Origin: Gemmatimonadales bacterium
GTDB lineage: Bacteria; Gemmatimonadota; Gemmatimonadetes; Gemmatimonadales; GWC2-71-9
Direction of reading: 5' to 3'
DNA: 61,584 nucleotides
NCBI GenBank assembly: GCA_037916975.1
Contig: JBAIWX010000009.1
Coordinates: forward strand, 1 to 61,584
Made by a program: the position numbers and the translations under genes. Below, piece after piece: positions 18,695 through 27,631 of this stretch; the stretch's first letter is position 1, and each line of letters begins with the position of its first letter. The notes beneath the pieces are model-generated. The model was not told where the DNA came from and ran no database searches. It saw only the letters and a program-made list of their open reading frames with translations.

Positions 18695-20443
18695 GTGACC
18701 GTCCGCCGCTGCCCGCGCCACCTCCTCCTCGCCGCCGTCGCCGTCGTCGCCGCCCTGCCCCTCCGCGGCCAGGAGGCCGCCGGCTGGCCGCTCCACGGCC
18801 ACGACCTGGGCGGGCAGCGCTACTCGCCCCTGGCCCAGGTGGACACCGCCACCGTGGCGCGGCTCGTCCCGGCGTGGACCTGGCACAGCGGCGTGAAGGC
18901 GACCTTCCAGGCGACGCCGATCGTGGTGGACACGGTGATGTACGTCTCGCTCCCGCTGAGCAGCGTCGCCGCACTCGACGCACGCACCGGCCGGGAGCTG
19001 TGGCGGTACGTGCACCGGCCCCGCACCACGAAGCTCTGCTGCGGGCCCGCCAACCGCGGCGTCGCCGTGGCGGGCGACCTCGTGTACGTCGGCACGGTGG
19101 ACGGCCGGCTCGTGGCGCTCGACCGCGCGAGCGGTGCCGTGCGCTGGGAGGTGACCGTCGCCGAGTACGGCGGCACGACGGAGTCGACGGGCCAGCTCCG
19201 CGCGGACGACCCGCTCGCCAGGGTGGGGCAGACGGGCTCGACCGGCGTCGGCATCGGGGCGGCACCGCTCGTCTTCGGCGGGAAGGTGTTCGTCGGGATC
19301 AACGGCGTGGGCTACGGGCTGCATCCCGACCAGGGGCTCGCGGTCGTCGGGCTCTCGGGGCAGTACGGGCGCCCCGGCCTGATGGCCGCGTTCGACGCGC
19401 GGACCGGTGCCCGCCTCTGGCAGTGGGACATCACCGGTCCCGGCTGGGAGGGGCGCTTCCGTGCGCGCACGCCCGACGGGACGCCGCTCCACCGGGACGT
19501 CCGCGCCGAGCGCGCCGCGGCGCGCGCCCACGCGGAGGCATGGCGGTATGGCGGCGGCTCCATCTACGCGACGCCGGTCGTGGACTCGGCCCGGCAGCTG
19601 CTCATCTTCGGCACCGGCAACCCGTCGCCACAGATGGCCGACGCCTCGCGCCCCGGCGACAACCTCCACACCTCGTCGCTCGTGGCGCTCGACCTCCGCA
19701 CCGGCCGCCTCGTCTGGGCGTACCAGCAGGTGCCGCACGACCGCTGGGGCTACGACGTCGCGAGCCCGCCGATCCTGCTCGACGTCTCCTGGCGCGGGCG
19801 GCGCGTGCCCGCGGTCGCGCAGGCGAGCAAGATGGGCTGGGTGTTCGTCCACGACCGGCGCGACGGCCGCTTCCTCTTCAAGTCGGCGCCGTTCGTCCCG
19901 CAGCGGAACCTCTTCACCCCGCCGCAGCCGGGCGAGGGCGTCGTCGTCGCCCCGGGGATCGCCGGCGGCGCCAACTGGTCGCCCTCGGCGTGGGACCCGG
20001 CGCGGCAGCGCTTCTTCGTCGCGGCGCTCCACCTGCCGACGCGCTACATCGCGCACGAGGTGCAGCGCCCCGACGGCACCACGCTCCAGTACGCGAGCAC
20101 GCAGCAGGCCGACGAGGCGTGGGGCACCCTCACCGCGCTCGACCTCGCGCACGGCGGGCGGATCGCCTGGCAGGTGCGGACCGACGAACCGCTCATCGGC
20201 GGCGTCCTCGCCACGGCGGGCGGGCTCGTCTTCAGCGGTGCCGGGAAGGGCGCCTTCGCCGCCTTCGACGCGGCGACGGGCGCGGAGCGCTGGCGCTGGC
20301 AGTGCGACGCCGGCGTCAACGCGCCGCCCGTGACCTACGCCGTCGGCGGGCGGCAGTACGTCGCCGTCGCCGCGGGCGGCAACGCGCTCTTCGGCTTCAC
20401 GCAGGGCGACGCGGTGGTCGCCTTCGCGCTGCCGGCGAACTAG
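18695..20443 (+). CDS. PQQ-dependent dehydrogenase (quinoprotein alcohol dehydrogenase family), secreted
   Basis: GTG 18695 gives VTVRRCPRHLLLAAVAVVAALPLRGQE. It carries WPLHGHDLGGQRYSPL, the vicinal cysteines KLCCGPANRG, and repeated W-containing propeller motifs. Confidence 0.85.
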   Translation: MTVRRCPRHLLLAAVAVVAALPLRGQEAAGWPLHGHDLGGQRYSPLAQVDTATVARLVPAWTWHSGVKATFQATPIVVDTVMYVSLPLSSVAALDARTGRELWRYVHRPRTTKLCCGPANRGVAVAGDLVYVGTVDGRLVALDRASGAVRWEVTVAEYGGTTESTGQLRADDPLARVGQTGSTGVGIGAAPLVFGGKVFVGINGVGYGLHPDQGLAVVGLSGQYGRPGLMAAFDARTGARLWQWDITGPGWEGRFRARTPDGTPLHRDVRAERAAARAHAEAWRYGGGSIYATPVVDSARQLLIFGTGNPSPQMADASRPGDNLHTSSLVALDLRTGRLVWAYQQVPHDRWGYDVASPPILLDVSWRGRRVPAVAQASKMGWVFVHDRRDGRFLFKSAPFVPQRNLFTPPQPGEGVVVAPGIAGGANWSPSAWDPARQRFFVAALHLPTRYIAHEVQRPDGTTLQYASTQQADEAWGTLTALDLAHGGRIAWQVRTDEPLIGGVLATAGGLVFSGAGKGAFAAFDAATGAERWRWQCDAGVNAPPVTYAVGGRQYVAVAAGGNALFGFTQGDAVVAFALPAN

Positions 20444-20477
20444 CGCCGGCGCCACACGTTCCTGCAGGAGGCACCCC

Positions 20478-20942
20478 ATGCACATGCCCGTCCCCACCGA
20501 CGCCCACCGCAAGCTCGAGCGCCTCGCCGGCCGTTGGGTCGGCCGGGAGCGGATCCATCCATCTCCCATGGCGCCGGCCGGCGGGGAGGCGGTGGGGCGC
20601 ATGCGCATGGAGCCGGCGCTCGACGGCTTCGCCGTGCTGCAGGACTACGCGCAGGACCGCGGTGGCGCCGTGACCTTCCGCGGCCACGGCATCTTCCGCT
20701 ACGACGCGTCCGCCCGGGAGTACCAGCTCCACTGGTTCGACTCGCTCGGACAGGCGCCCGGCCTCTTCACCGGCACCTTCGACGGGGACCGTCTCGTCCT
20801 CGTGCAGCGGACACCGCAGGGCCGCGTGCGCTCGACCTGGGACCTCGCCCAGCCGGACGCCTATCGCTGGCTGATGGAGGTCTCCGGCGACGGAGCGCAG
20901 TGGATGCCGTTCATGGAGGGCGAGTACCGCCGCGAGCGGTGA
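20478..20942 (+). CDS. DUF1579-like protein
   Basis: HRKLERLAGRWVG, DGFAVLQDY, YQLHWFDSLG. CAGGAGG lies upstream. Confidence 0.65.
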   Translation: MHMPVPTDAHRKLERLAGRWVGRERIHPSPMAPAGGEAVGRMRMEPALDGFAVLQDYAQDRGGAVTFRGHGIFRYDASAREYQLHWFDSLGQAPGLFTGTFDGDRLVLVQRTPQGRVRSTWDLAQPDAYRWLMEVSGDGAQWMPFMEGEYRRER

Positions 20943-20956
20943 CCTGCGCACAGCGA

Positions 20957-20977
20957 CTGAGGGTCCCTCCCCCTCAG
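20957..20977 (+). terminator. Hairpin after the DUF1579-like gene
   Basis: CUGAGGG-UCCCUCC-CCCUCAG, a 7-bp stem with a 7-nt loop. Confidence 0.35.
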
Positions 20978-21075
20978 CGGCGCTTCACGCCCCTTTCAGG
21001 GGGTCTCGCCTAGTTCTGCAGCATGCAGTCGGGCCTCGTGCGACTCCCCGTCCCGGCCCGCGCAGGACGGCACGC

Positions 21076-24000
21076 ATGGCAGTCCGCTCGTCTCCCGCCC
21101 GCGTGGTCAGCGGGCTCTTCCTTCTCGTCATCGCGGCGGCCGCGCCGTCGTCCGCGCAGGACACGCTGCCGCCCGCCCTGGGCGGCCGGGTGCCATCGCT
21201 CGGCCTCCCCGCGCAGTTCAAGCCGTACTACGGCGCCGCCGCCGGCCTCGAGTCGCGCGACGGCGACACCCACCTCGCGAGCCAGCTCCGCCTCGGCGTC
21301 TTCCGCGACGTCGGCAGCCCCGTCAACGAGCTCCTGGGCTGGAGCGTGGAGTACCGCCTCGGCCTCGAGGATACGCACCTCGACCAGGGGGTCCGCGCCC
21401 TCCTCACCACGCACGCGCTCGGCCTCGCCGTCGGCGGCGAGCTGGGACTGCGCCGGGGCGACGCGCGGTTCGTCGTCGCCGTGCTGCCGCCGATCCGCCG
21501 GGGCGGGCCGGTCGGGGCGGGGAGCGAGCTCCGCGTCGAGTGGACCCACGGCCACGGCGACGCGCTCGCGGTGGCGGTCAACGTTCCCATCGGCCAGCCG
21601 AACCTCGGCCACACCCGCCCGCACGCGACGCGCGTGTCCCTCGGCGAGCCGCCCGAGCCCGCCGTGTCGCTCCCGCCGCCCGACACCGCGCTGGGGGTGA
21701 TCCTCGCCCGCATGGCGCGCCAGGCGTCGTGGGTCGCCCGCTTCGTCGCCCCGCCGCTGGGCGGCTTCTCGACCAACCTGCCGAGCGAAGTCGGTGCAGC
21801 CGTGCGCCCGCTCCGCGACCGCCTGGCCGACGGCGCGCCCGACCTCCCCGGCCCGCACGGCGTGGCCGACGAGTTCGCCGCGTGGCACCGGGCGGTGCGG
21901 GAGGCGTTCGCGCTCACCGTCGGGGCGCTGCCCCCGCCGCCCGGCACCACGACGCCGCTCGGCGACACCGTCGCCGCCCGGGCGCGGGCGATCCTCCTCG
22001 AGCGCGTCCTGCTGCCGTGGAACGGGCTCCTCGGCCAGGCGAAGGACGGCAGCACGCGCGAGTTCGCGCAGCATGCGCGCGGCGCCTTCGCGCGCTGGCT
22101 CATGATGCGCTCGTCCGTCCCCCCCGCTCTCCACGATGCCACCCTGCAGGTCTTCGACGCGCTGCTCGCCGACGTCGAGGCGGTCCGGCGGGAGGCGCAG
22201 CGCACGTGGGATGACTCGCGGCTGGTGTGGCTGCCGCTCCAGCTCGCCCTCGAGCCGGGCGAGTACGGCTCGCAGGAGGAACTCGACTCGCTCGTGAGCC
22301 ACGCCGTCGGCCGCTCGTTCCAGAAGGGCAACCGCCTCCGGTACGTCCACAACGACCGCTTCCTGACCGACCTCATCGCCTCGATCGGCGAGGCGCGCGA
22401 GTACCACGTCCTCTGGATCCACGACGTGCGCGGGCGGACGCCGGCCGGGCGCCCGGACCGGCTCTCCCTGCTCGTCGCCACGCACGCCTACCTCACGGCG
22501 CTCCGCGACCGGGTGCGGGAGTACGACGCCACCGGCCGCCTGCCGCTCTACATCGTCCTGCTCGACCAGCACTACTTCGAGCAGAACCGGAGCCGGGAAC
22601 TCCTCCGCTTCCTGCAGGACCCGCTGCGCCGCCGGCTCGACCTCCCCGACGGCAGCGACTCCCTCGCCGGCGCGATGCGGCACGCGCAGGAGGAGCTGCG
22701 GGCGGCCGTGGCCGACTCCCGCCTCCTCGCGGCGGAGCGCGCCCGGTACGGCGAGGCGTGGCTCCACGACCAGGTGAAGGTGCACGTGAACATCACCTTC
22801 CCGGCCGACCCCTCCTTCCGCAGCGCGCAGATCCTGCCGCTCATCGGCGTGCCCGACGACATCATGCGGGACCACCGGAAGGTGGCGCTCTGGGACGTGA
22901 GCGAGGAGGACCCGTACCGCGGGATGGCGATGTACGCGGGGATGGGCGTGGGCGAGCACTACGCCGGCCCGGGGTGGGAGGACCGGGCGGTGATGCTGCA
23001 GGGCCCCGCGGCGCTCAAGTGCCGCGACCAGGTGCGCGTCCTCCTCGCGGCGCAGGGGATGCGCCCGTGGGAGATCCCGCACGTCCTGCGGCCGCGGCCG
23101 CGCGCCCCGGACTACGACACCCGCGTCCAGGCGGAGATCGACAGCACCGACCGCATCGGCCTCGCCGCGACCCGCGCGCTCGACCTGCACAACGCCCCCG
23201 GCTTCGCGCTCAAGGAGGCGAGCGTGGCGGAGGCGGTCGTGTTCAGCCTCACCGCGCCGGGCGGGGTGGTGAAGGTGCCGGACTCGATCTGGATCAACCA
23301 GCTGCTCGCCTCCCTCCTCACCGGCGCCAGCCTGCGCGGGACGCGCGTCCTCCTCATCGCCCCCGCGCAGTCCACGGCGTCCGCGGGCAACTGGATCAAC
23401 CTCGTCCTGATCCACGACCTCTTCACGCGCCTGCTCGTGGCGCGCGACAGCCTCGCCCCCGTCCTCGCCGCGTCGGGCGGCGTGCTGGCCCCGGGGATCT
23501 ACGAGGCCGACATCGGCGTGGACGACCTCCAGGAGCGCCTCCGGCGCCTCGCGCGCCGCCTGCGCCAGGAGCCGATGCTGCGCGACCTCTACGCCTTCGC
23601 CCCCGCCACCACGACGCTGCTCGACAGCGCCGAGCAGCAGGTCGGGCCGCTCCCGGCGCGGGCCGGCGCGCCCCTGCCCTCGGAGCAGGCCGGCAACGGC
23701 CGCCCGCGGCTCCACTTCAAGGGCTACCTCTACGTCTCCGCCGAGGCGTGGCGGTTCATCGTGAGCGGCGTGCCGATGACCGCGGGCTTCCGCGAGTACC
23801 TGACCCAGCGCGCGCGCCAGGTGCGCGAGGGCCCGGCGGTGGACGAGGGGGTCATGGCGGAGGCGATGCAGCGGGTCGGCGCGATGACGATCAACCCGCT
23901 CATCGACTCGCTCGCCCGGCTCGTGCCGGACTGCCACCTGAGCGCGGTGGACTGCGCGACGCACCGGTGGGTGTTCTACCTCGCCATCGGCTCGGCGAAC

Positions 24001-24201
24001 CAGGACTACCGCAGCATGCTCATGGACGGCGAGGCGATGTTGCTCGTCTCCAAGTGGACGGCGCTCTACGCCCTGCCCGACTTCGTCATGCTCACCGGGC
24101 TCACCGCCTGGCCGCGCACCCCCGCCGACCTCGACCGGTACCTCCCGCCGCCCGCCGATTTCAGGCGCTGGTTCGCCTGGGGCGTGCGCAAGGCATTCTG
24201 A
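21076..24201 (+). CDS. Large secreted protein with two phospholipase-D/cardiolipin-synthase-like HKD motifs (atypical, one split)
   Basis: Signal peptide MAVRSSPARVVSGLFLLVIAAAAPSSAQD. Motif 1 starts at H600: HRKVALWD...YAGMGVGEHY...WEDRAVMLQGPAA. Motif 2 is H880 HFKGYLYV, then about 90 aa, then YLAIGSANQDYRSMLMDGEAMLLV. Confidence 0.7.
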   Translation: MAVRSSPARVVSGLFLLVIAAAAPSSAQDTLPPALGGRVPSLGLPAQFKPYYGAAAGLESRDGDTHLASQLRLGVFRDVGSPVNELLGWSVEYRLGLEDTHLDQGVRALLTTHALGLAVGGELGLRRGDARFVVAVLPPIRRGGPVGAGSELRVEWTHGHGDALAVAVNVPIGQPNLGHTRPHATRVSLGEPPEPAVSLPPPDTALGVILARMARQASWVARFVAPPLGGFSTNLPSEVGAAVRPLRDRLADGAPDLPGPHGVADEFAAWHRAVREAFALTVGALPPPPGTTTPLGDTVAARARAILLERVLLPWNGLLGQAKDGSTREFAQHARGAFARWLMMRSSVPPALHDATLQVFDALLADVEAVRREAQRTWDDSRLVWLPLQLALEPGEYGSQEELDSLVSHAVGRSFQKGNRLRYVHNDRFLTDLIASIGEAREYHVLWIHDVRGRTPAGRPDRLSLLVATHAYLTALRDRVREYDATGRLPLYIVLLDQHYFEQNRSRELLRFLQDPLRRRLDLPDGSDSLAGAMRHAQEELRAAVADSRLLAAERARYGEAWLHDQVKVHVNITFPADPSFRSAQILPLIGVPDDIMRDHRKVALWDVSEEDPYRGMAMYAGMGVGEHYAGPGWEDRAVMLQGPAALKCRDQVRVLLAAQGMRPWEIPHVLRPRPRAPDYDTRVQAEIDSTDRIGLAATRALDLHNAPGFALKEASVAEAVVFSLTAPGGVVKVPDSIWINQLLASLLTGASLRGTRVLLIAPAQSTASAGNWINLVLIHDLFTRLLVARDSLAPVLAASGGVLAPGIYEADIGVDDLQERLRRLARRLRQEPMLRDLYAFAPATTTLLDSAEQQVGPLPARAGAPLPSEQAGNGRPRLHFKGYLYVSAEAWRFIVSGVPMTAGFREYLTQRARQVREGPAVDEGVMAEAMQRVGAMTINPLIDSLARLVPDCHLSAVDCATHRWVFYLAIGSANQDYRSMLMDGEAMLLVSKWTALYALPDFVMLTGLTAWPRTPADLDRYLPPPADFRRWFAWGVRKAF

Positions 24202-24224
24202 CGCGCGGTCCGCCGTGCTATAGT
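24196..24224 (+). promoter_or_regulatory. Sigma70-like promoter candidate for the GNAT gene
   Basis: TTCTGA (which overlaps the stop of the PLD-like gene), a 17-nt spacer, then TATAGT. Confidence 0.3.
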
Positions 24225-24296
24225 TGCGGCACCCTTTTCACGACGCCCGGAACCCGACCCCGGACCCCGCCCCGCGGCCCGGTGCCCAGCAACGCC

Positions 24297-24854
24297 ATGA
24301 CCCGCGTCCGCCAGGATCTCGCCCTCCGTCCCGCCACCGCCGCCGACGTCCCCGCACTCCGCGCCCTCATCGAGCGCTCGGCGCGCGACCTGAGCCGGGG
24401 CTACTACACGGACGCCGAGACGGAGTCGGCGATCCGCCACGTCTTCGGCGTGGATTCCCGCCTCGTCGAGGACGGCACCTACTACGTCGTGGAGGTGGAC
24501 GGCGCCATCGCCGGCTGCGGCGGGTGGAGCCGCCGCCGCACGCTCTACGGCGGCGACCAGCGCCCCGTCGGCGAGCCGGAGCCGCTCGACCCCGCGAGCG
24601 ACCCCGCGCGCGTGCGCGCCTTCTTCGTCGCCCCGGAGGCGGCGCGGCAGGGGGTCGGGCGGCGCATCCTCGTCGAGTGCCTGGCGCGGGCGGAGGCCGA
24701 GGGGTTCCGCGAGCTCGAGCTCATGGCCACCCTGCCGGGCGTCCCCTTCTACTCGGCCCTCGGCTTCCGCGCGGACGGTGAGGTCACTGACATACTTCCC
24801 GACGGCGTGCCGATCCGCTTCGTGCGGATGCGGCGGCGGCTCCGCGACCCCTGA
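24297..24854 (+). CDS. GNAT family N-acetyltransferase
   Basis: ATG 24297 gives MTRVRQDLALRPATAADVPALRALIE. It carries VAPEAARQGVGRRIL (acetyl-CoA motif) and ALGFRADGEV. It is the C-terminal part of the spurious ORF 22227..24854. Confidence 0.8.
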   Translation: MTRVRQDLALRPATAADVPALRALIERSARDLSRGYYTDAETESAIRHVFGVDSRLVEDGTYYVVEVDGAIAGCGGWSRRRTLYGGDQRPVGEPEPLDPASDPARVRAFFVAPEAARQGVGRRILVECLARAEAEGFRELELMATLPGVPFYSALGFRADGEVTDILPDGVPIRFVRMRRRLRDP

Positions 24855-24862
24855 GCGGCGCG

Positions 24863-24880
24863 CGGGCGGTCGGCCGCCCG
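24863..24880 (+). terminator. Hairpin after the GNAT gene
   Basis: CGGGCGG-UCGG-CCGCCCG, a 7-bp GC stem. Confidence 0.35.
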
Positions 24881-24916
24881 TGCTACCTTTCCGGTCCCCG
24901 CACCCCGGACTCGCGC

Positions 24917-25135
24917 ATGCGCCGCCCCGCCACCCCGCTCGTCGCGGCCCTGCTCCTCGCCGCCGCCTGCAGCTCCACCCCGAAGACCAGCACCGGCCGC
25001 ACCGAGCGCGAGACCGACAGCGTCATCGGCAATTCGAAGCTCCCCAATGCCGGTGCCGTGAAGCGCGCCTCCGCCGTGGGCGACAGCGCGGCGGCCCGCA
25101 CCGCCGCGCAGGACTCGGTCGCGAGGGCGGAATAG
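24917..25135 (+). CDS. Small lipoprotein (72 aa)
   Basis: MRRPATPLVAALLLAAAC (lipobox) followed by a polar tail. Confidence 0.5.
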   Translation: MRRPATPLVAALLLAAACSSTPKTSTGRTERETDSVIGNSKLPNAGAVKRASAVGDSAAARTAAQDSVARAE

Positions 25136-25136
25136 C

Positions 25137-25616
25137 GTGGCACCGGCCCAGAAGAAGTGCGCCGTGATCTGCGTGCTGCGCCACGGGGACGAGTTCCTCC
25201 TGCTCCGCCGCGCGCGCGAGCCGAACCTCGGCCTCTACGTCCCGGTGGGCGGCAAGCTCGAGCCCGGCGAGAGCCCGCGCGCCGCCGCGGTGCGGGAGAT
25301 CCACGAGGAGGCGGGGATCGCCGGCGCGGAGGTGCGCTACCTCGGCTCGCTGGTGGAGTCGTCGCCCACCGAGTACAACTGGTGGAGCGCCGTGTACCTG
25401 GCGCACGTGCCGCGCGTCCCCCCGCCCCCCTGCCGCGAGGGTGCGCTCGAGTGGATCCCGCGCGCCGCCCTCGGCGAGGTGCCGATGCCCGTCACCGACC
25501 GCCACATCTACGAGTACCTCGAGGCGGGCCGGCCCTTCGCCTTCTCCGCCGATTACGACGCCAGCCTCACCCTGCTCGCCATGCACGACGAGCTGGCGGG
25601 CGTGCGCGTCGCCTGA
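25137..25616 (+). CDS. NUDIX hydrolase
   Basis: Nudix box GGKLEPGESPRAAAVREIHEEAGI. GTG start. Confidence 0.85.
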   Translation: MAPAQKKCAVICVLRHGDEFLLLRRAREPNLGLYVPVGGKLEPGESPRAAAVREIHEEAGIAGAEVRYLGSLVESSPTEYNWWSAVYLAHVPRVPPPPCREGALEWIPRAALGEVPMPVTDRHIYEYLEAGRPFAFSADYDASLTLLAMHDELAGVRVA

Positions 25617-25623
25617 GCGCCCC

Positions 25624-26376
25624 GTGCACTGGCTCCTCTTCTACGACGTCGTGCCCGACTACCTCGAGCGGCGCGCCCCGCTCCGCGCCGAGCACCTCGC
25701 GCTGGGCCGGGCGGCGGCGGCACGCGGCGAGCTCGTGCTGGGCGGTGCCTACGCCGACCCGGCGGACGGCGCCGTGCTCCTCTTCCGCGGGGAGTCGGCG
25801 GCGGTGGCGGAGCGCTTCGCCCGGGCCGACCCGTACGTGAAGAACGGGCTCGTCACGCGCTGGACGGTGCGCGCGTGGACCACGGTGGTCGGCACCGGCG
25901 CCGCCGTCGTGCCGCCCGCCGTGCGCACCCGCGACGCGATGGAGGTGCTCGAGCTCCTCGGCGCCCGGATCGTGGTGATGCTGTCGGCGGACGACACCCG
26001 CGGCGGCACCACGCTGCTCGAGTACGCCGCGCCACCGCGCTATGCGGGCCCGCCGCCGCACTGGCACGCCGCGACCACCGAGCTCTTCCAGGTGCTCGAG
26101 GGACGGCTCGACGTCGTGGTGGGCGAGGCGTCGCGCACCCTCGCTCCGGGCGACGTGGCCCACGTCCCGCCCGGCACGGTGCACCGCTTCGCGAACCCGC
26201 ACGACGAACCGGTGCGCTTCCAGGTCCAGCTCTGGCCCGGCGGCTTCGAGGGCTACTTCCGCGGCCTGCAGGCGCTCGTGGCCGCGTCACCCGCGTGGCC
26301 CCCGGCCGACCGCTCGGCGCTCGACGCCCTCGCGCGCGAGTTCGACACCTTCCCGCCGCCCGCCCCGGCGCGCTGA
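25624..26376 (+). CDS. YciI-like domain fused to a cupin domain
   Basis: GTG 25624. The N-terminal part HWLLFYDVVPDYLERRAPLRAEHL...DPYVKNGLVTRWTVRAWT is YciI-like. The C-terminal part PPHWHAATTELFQVLEGRL...GDVAHVPPGTVHRFANP is cupin. There is no stop codon between the two. Confidence 0.65.
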   Translation: MHWLLFYDVVPDYLERRAPLRAEHLALGRAAAARGELVLGGAYADPADGAVLLFRGESAAVAERFARADPYVKNGLVTRWTVRAWTTVVGTGAAVVPPAVRTRDAMEVLELLGARIVVMLSADDTRGGTTLLEYAAPPRYAGPPPHWHAATTELFQVLEGRLDVVVGEASRTLAPGDVAHVPPGTVHRFANPHDEPVRFQVQLWPGGFEGYFRGLQALVAASPAWPPADRSALDALAREFDTFPPPAPAR

Positions 26377-26390
26377 CGCGAGGTCCCGCG

Positions 26391-27095
26391 ATGTACGACG
26401 TCATCGCCTTCGACGCCGACGATACCCTCTGGCACAACGAGCCGCACTTCCACGAGACCCAGCGCCGCTTCGGGGAGCTGCTCTCGCGCTACCACGCGCC
26501 CGAGTGGATCGCGGAGCGGCTCTACGCCACCGAGCTGCGGAACCTCCGGCACTTCGGCTACGGCATCAAGGGCTTCACCCTCTCAATGATCGAGACGGCG
26601 ATCGAGCTCACCGAGGGACGCGTCTCGGGCGACGAGGTGCGGCAGGTCCTCGAGTGGGGCCGCGAGATGACGACCGCGCCCGTCGAGCTCCTCGACGGCG
26701 TTGCCGACACGATCCGCGCCCTCGCCGGACGGTACCGGCTCATGCTCGTCACCAAGGGCGACCTCTTCGACCAGGAGGGGAAGCTCGCCCGCTCGGGGCT
26801 CGGCGACTTCTTCGACGTGGTCGAGGTCACCGCCGACAAGACCCCGGCCACCTACGCCGGCATCCTGCAGCGGCACGGCGTCGCGTCGCGTCGCTTCCTG
26901 ATGGTGGGGAACTCCCTCCGCTCGGACGTCCTCCCGGTGCTGGACGTGGGCGGCACCGCCATCCACATCCCCTACCCGCTCACCTGGGCGCACGAGCAGG
27001 TGGATCCCTCGGCGCTCGAGGGCCGCCCCTTCGTGCAGCTCGAACGGATCGGTGAGGTGCCCGGCTGGCTCGAGGCCGCCGGCGCGCAGGGCTGA
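26391..27095 (+). CDS. HAD superfamily hydrolase
   Basis: MYDVIAFDADDTLW (DxDxT), LVTKGD, MVGNSLRSD. Confidence 0.8.
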   Translation: MYDVIAFDADDTLWHNEPHFHETQRRFGELLSRYHAPEWIAERLYATELRNLRHFGYGIKGFTLSMIETAIELTEGRVSGDEVRQVLEWGREMTTAPVELLDGVADTIRALAGRYRLMLVTKGDLFDQEGKLARSGLGDFFDVVEVTADKTPATYAGILQRHGVASRRFLMVGNSLRSDVLPVLDVGGTAIHIPYPLTWAHEQVDPSALEGRPFVQLERIGEVPGWLEAAGAQG

Positions 27096-27110
27096 CCCCC
27101 GGGAGGTGCC

Positions 27111-27578
27111 ATGACCGGTGAACCGCGGAAGATCCCCGGCGTCGTGGCGCCGCCGCCGCTCATCTACGGCGTGCCGCTGCTCGCCGGCATCCTGCTCGAC
27201 CGGGTGCACCACTGGCCGGCGCTCCGGTCGCCCGCGGGCCACGTCGTCGGCCCGATCCTCGTCGCGCTCGGGCTCCTCGCCATCCCGGCCATCCTCGCCT
27301 TCCGCCGCGCCGGGACGAGCCCCAACCCCTGGCGCCCGACCACGGCGCTCGTGACCGGCGGGCCCTACCGCATCTCCCGCAACCCGATGTACGTCGGGTT
27401 CACGTTCATCTACGCCGGCGTGACGGCGTGGGTGGATACGATGTGGCCGCTGCTCGCGCTCCCCGCGGTGCTGTGGGTGATGTACGTCGGCGTGATCCGG
27501 CGCGAGGAGGCGTACCTCGAGCAGCGCTTCGGCGACGAGTACCGGCGCTACAAGGCGTCCGTCCGCCGCTGGCTCTGA
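27111..27578 (+). CDS. Isoprenylcysteine carboxyl methyltransferase (ICMT/PEMT-like) family membrane protein
   Basis: TM segments, GPYRISRNPMYVGF, EEAYLEQRFGDEYRRYKASVRRW. Confidence 0.8.
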   Translation: MTGEPRKIPGVVAPPPLIYGVPLLAGILLDRVHHWPALRSPAGHVVGPILVALGLLAIPAILAFRRAGTSPNPWRPTTALVTGGPYRISRNPMYVGFTFIYAGVTAWVDTMWPLLALPAVLWVMYVGVIRREEAYLEQRFGDEYRRYKASVRRWL

Positions 27579-27631
27579 GCGGGGCACCGCGGCCGCGGTC
27601 ACCGCCGCACCATTCCCCGGCAGGAGGATTC

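Noticed and set aside
21010-23964. 984-aa minus-strand ORF antisense to the PLD-like gene, and the 875-aa ORF 22227..24854 (+).
   Set aside because: Both have Arg/Gly/Pro/Glu-rich low-information sequence. The plus-frame 21076..24201 product has a signal peptide and HKD motifs. Only the GNAT tail of 22227..24854 is retained.
21076-24201. The PLD/HKD protein as a nuclease component of an anti-phage defence system.
   Set aside because: It has a clear N-terminal signal peptide and a cardiolipin-synthase-type rather than Nuc-type motif context. The neighbours (DUF1579, GNAT, NUDIX) are not defence-like, so an envelope lipid or phosphodiester enzyme is more plausible.
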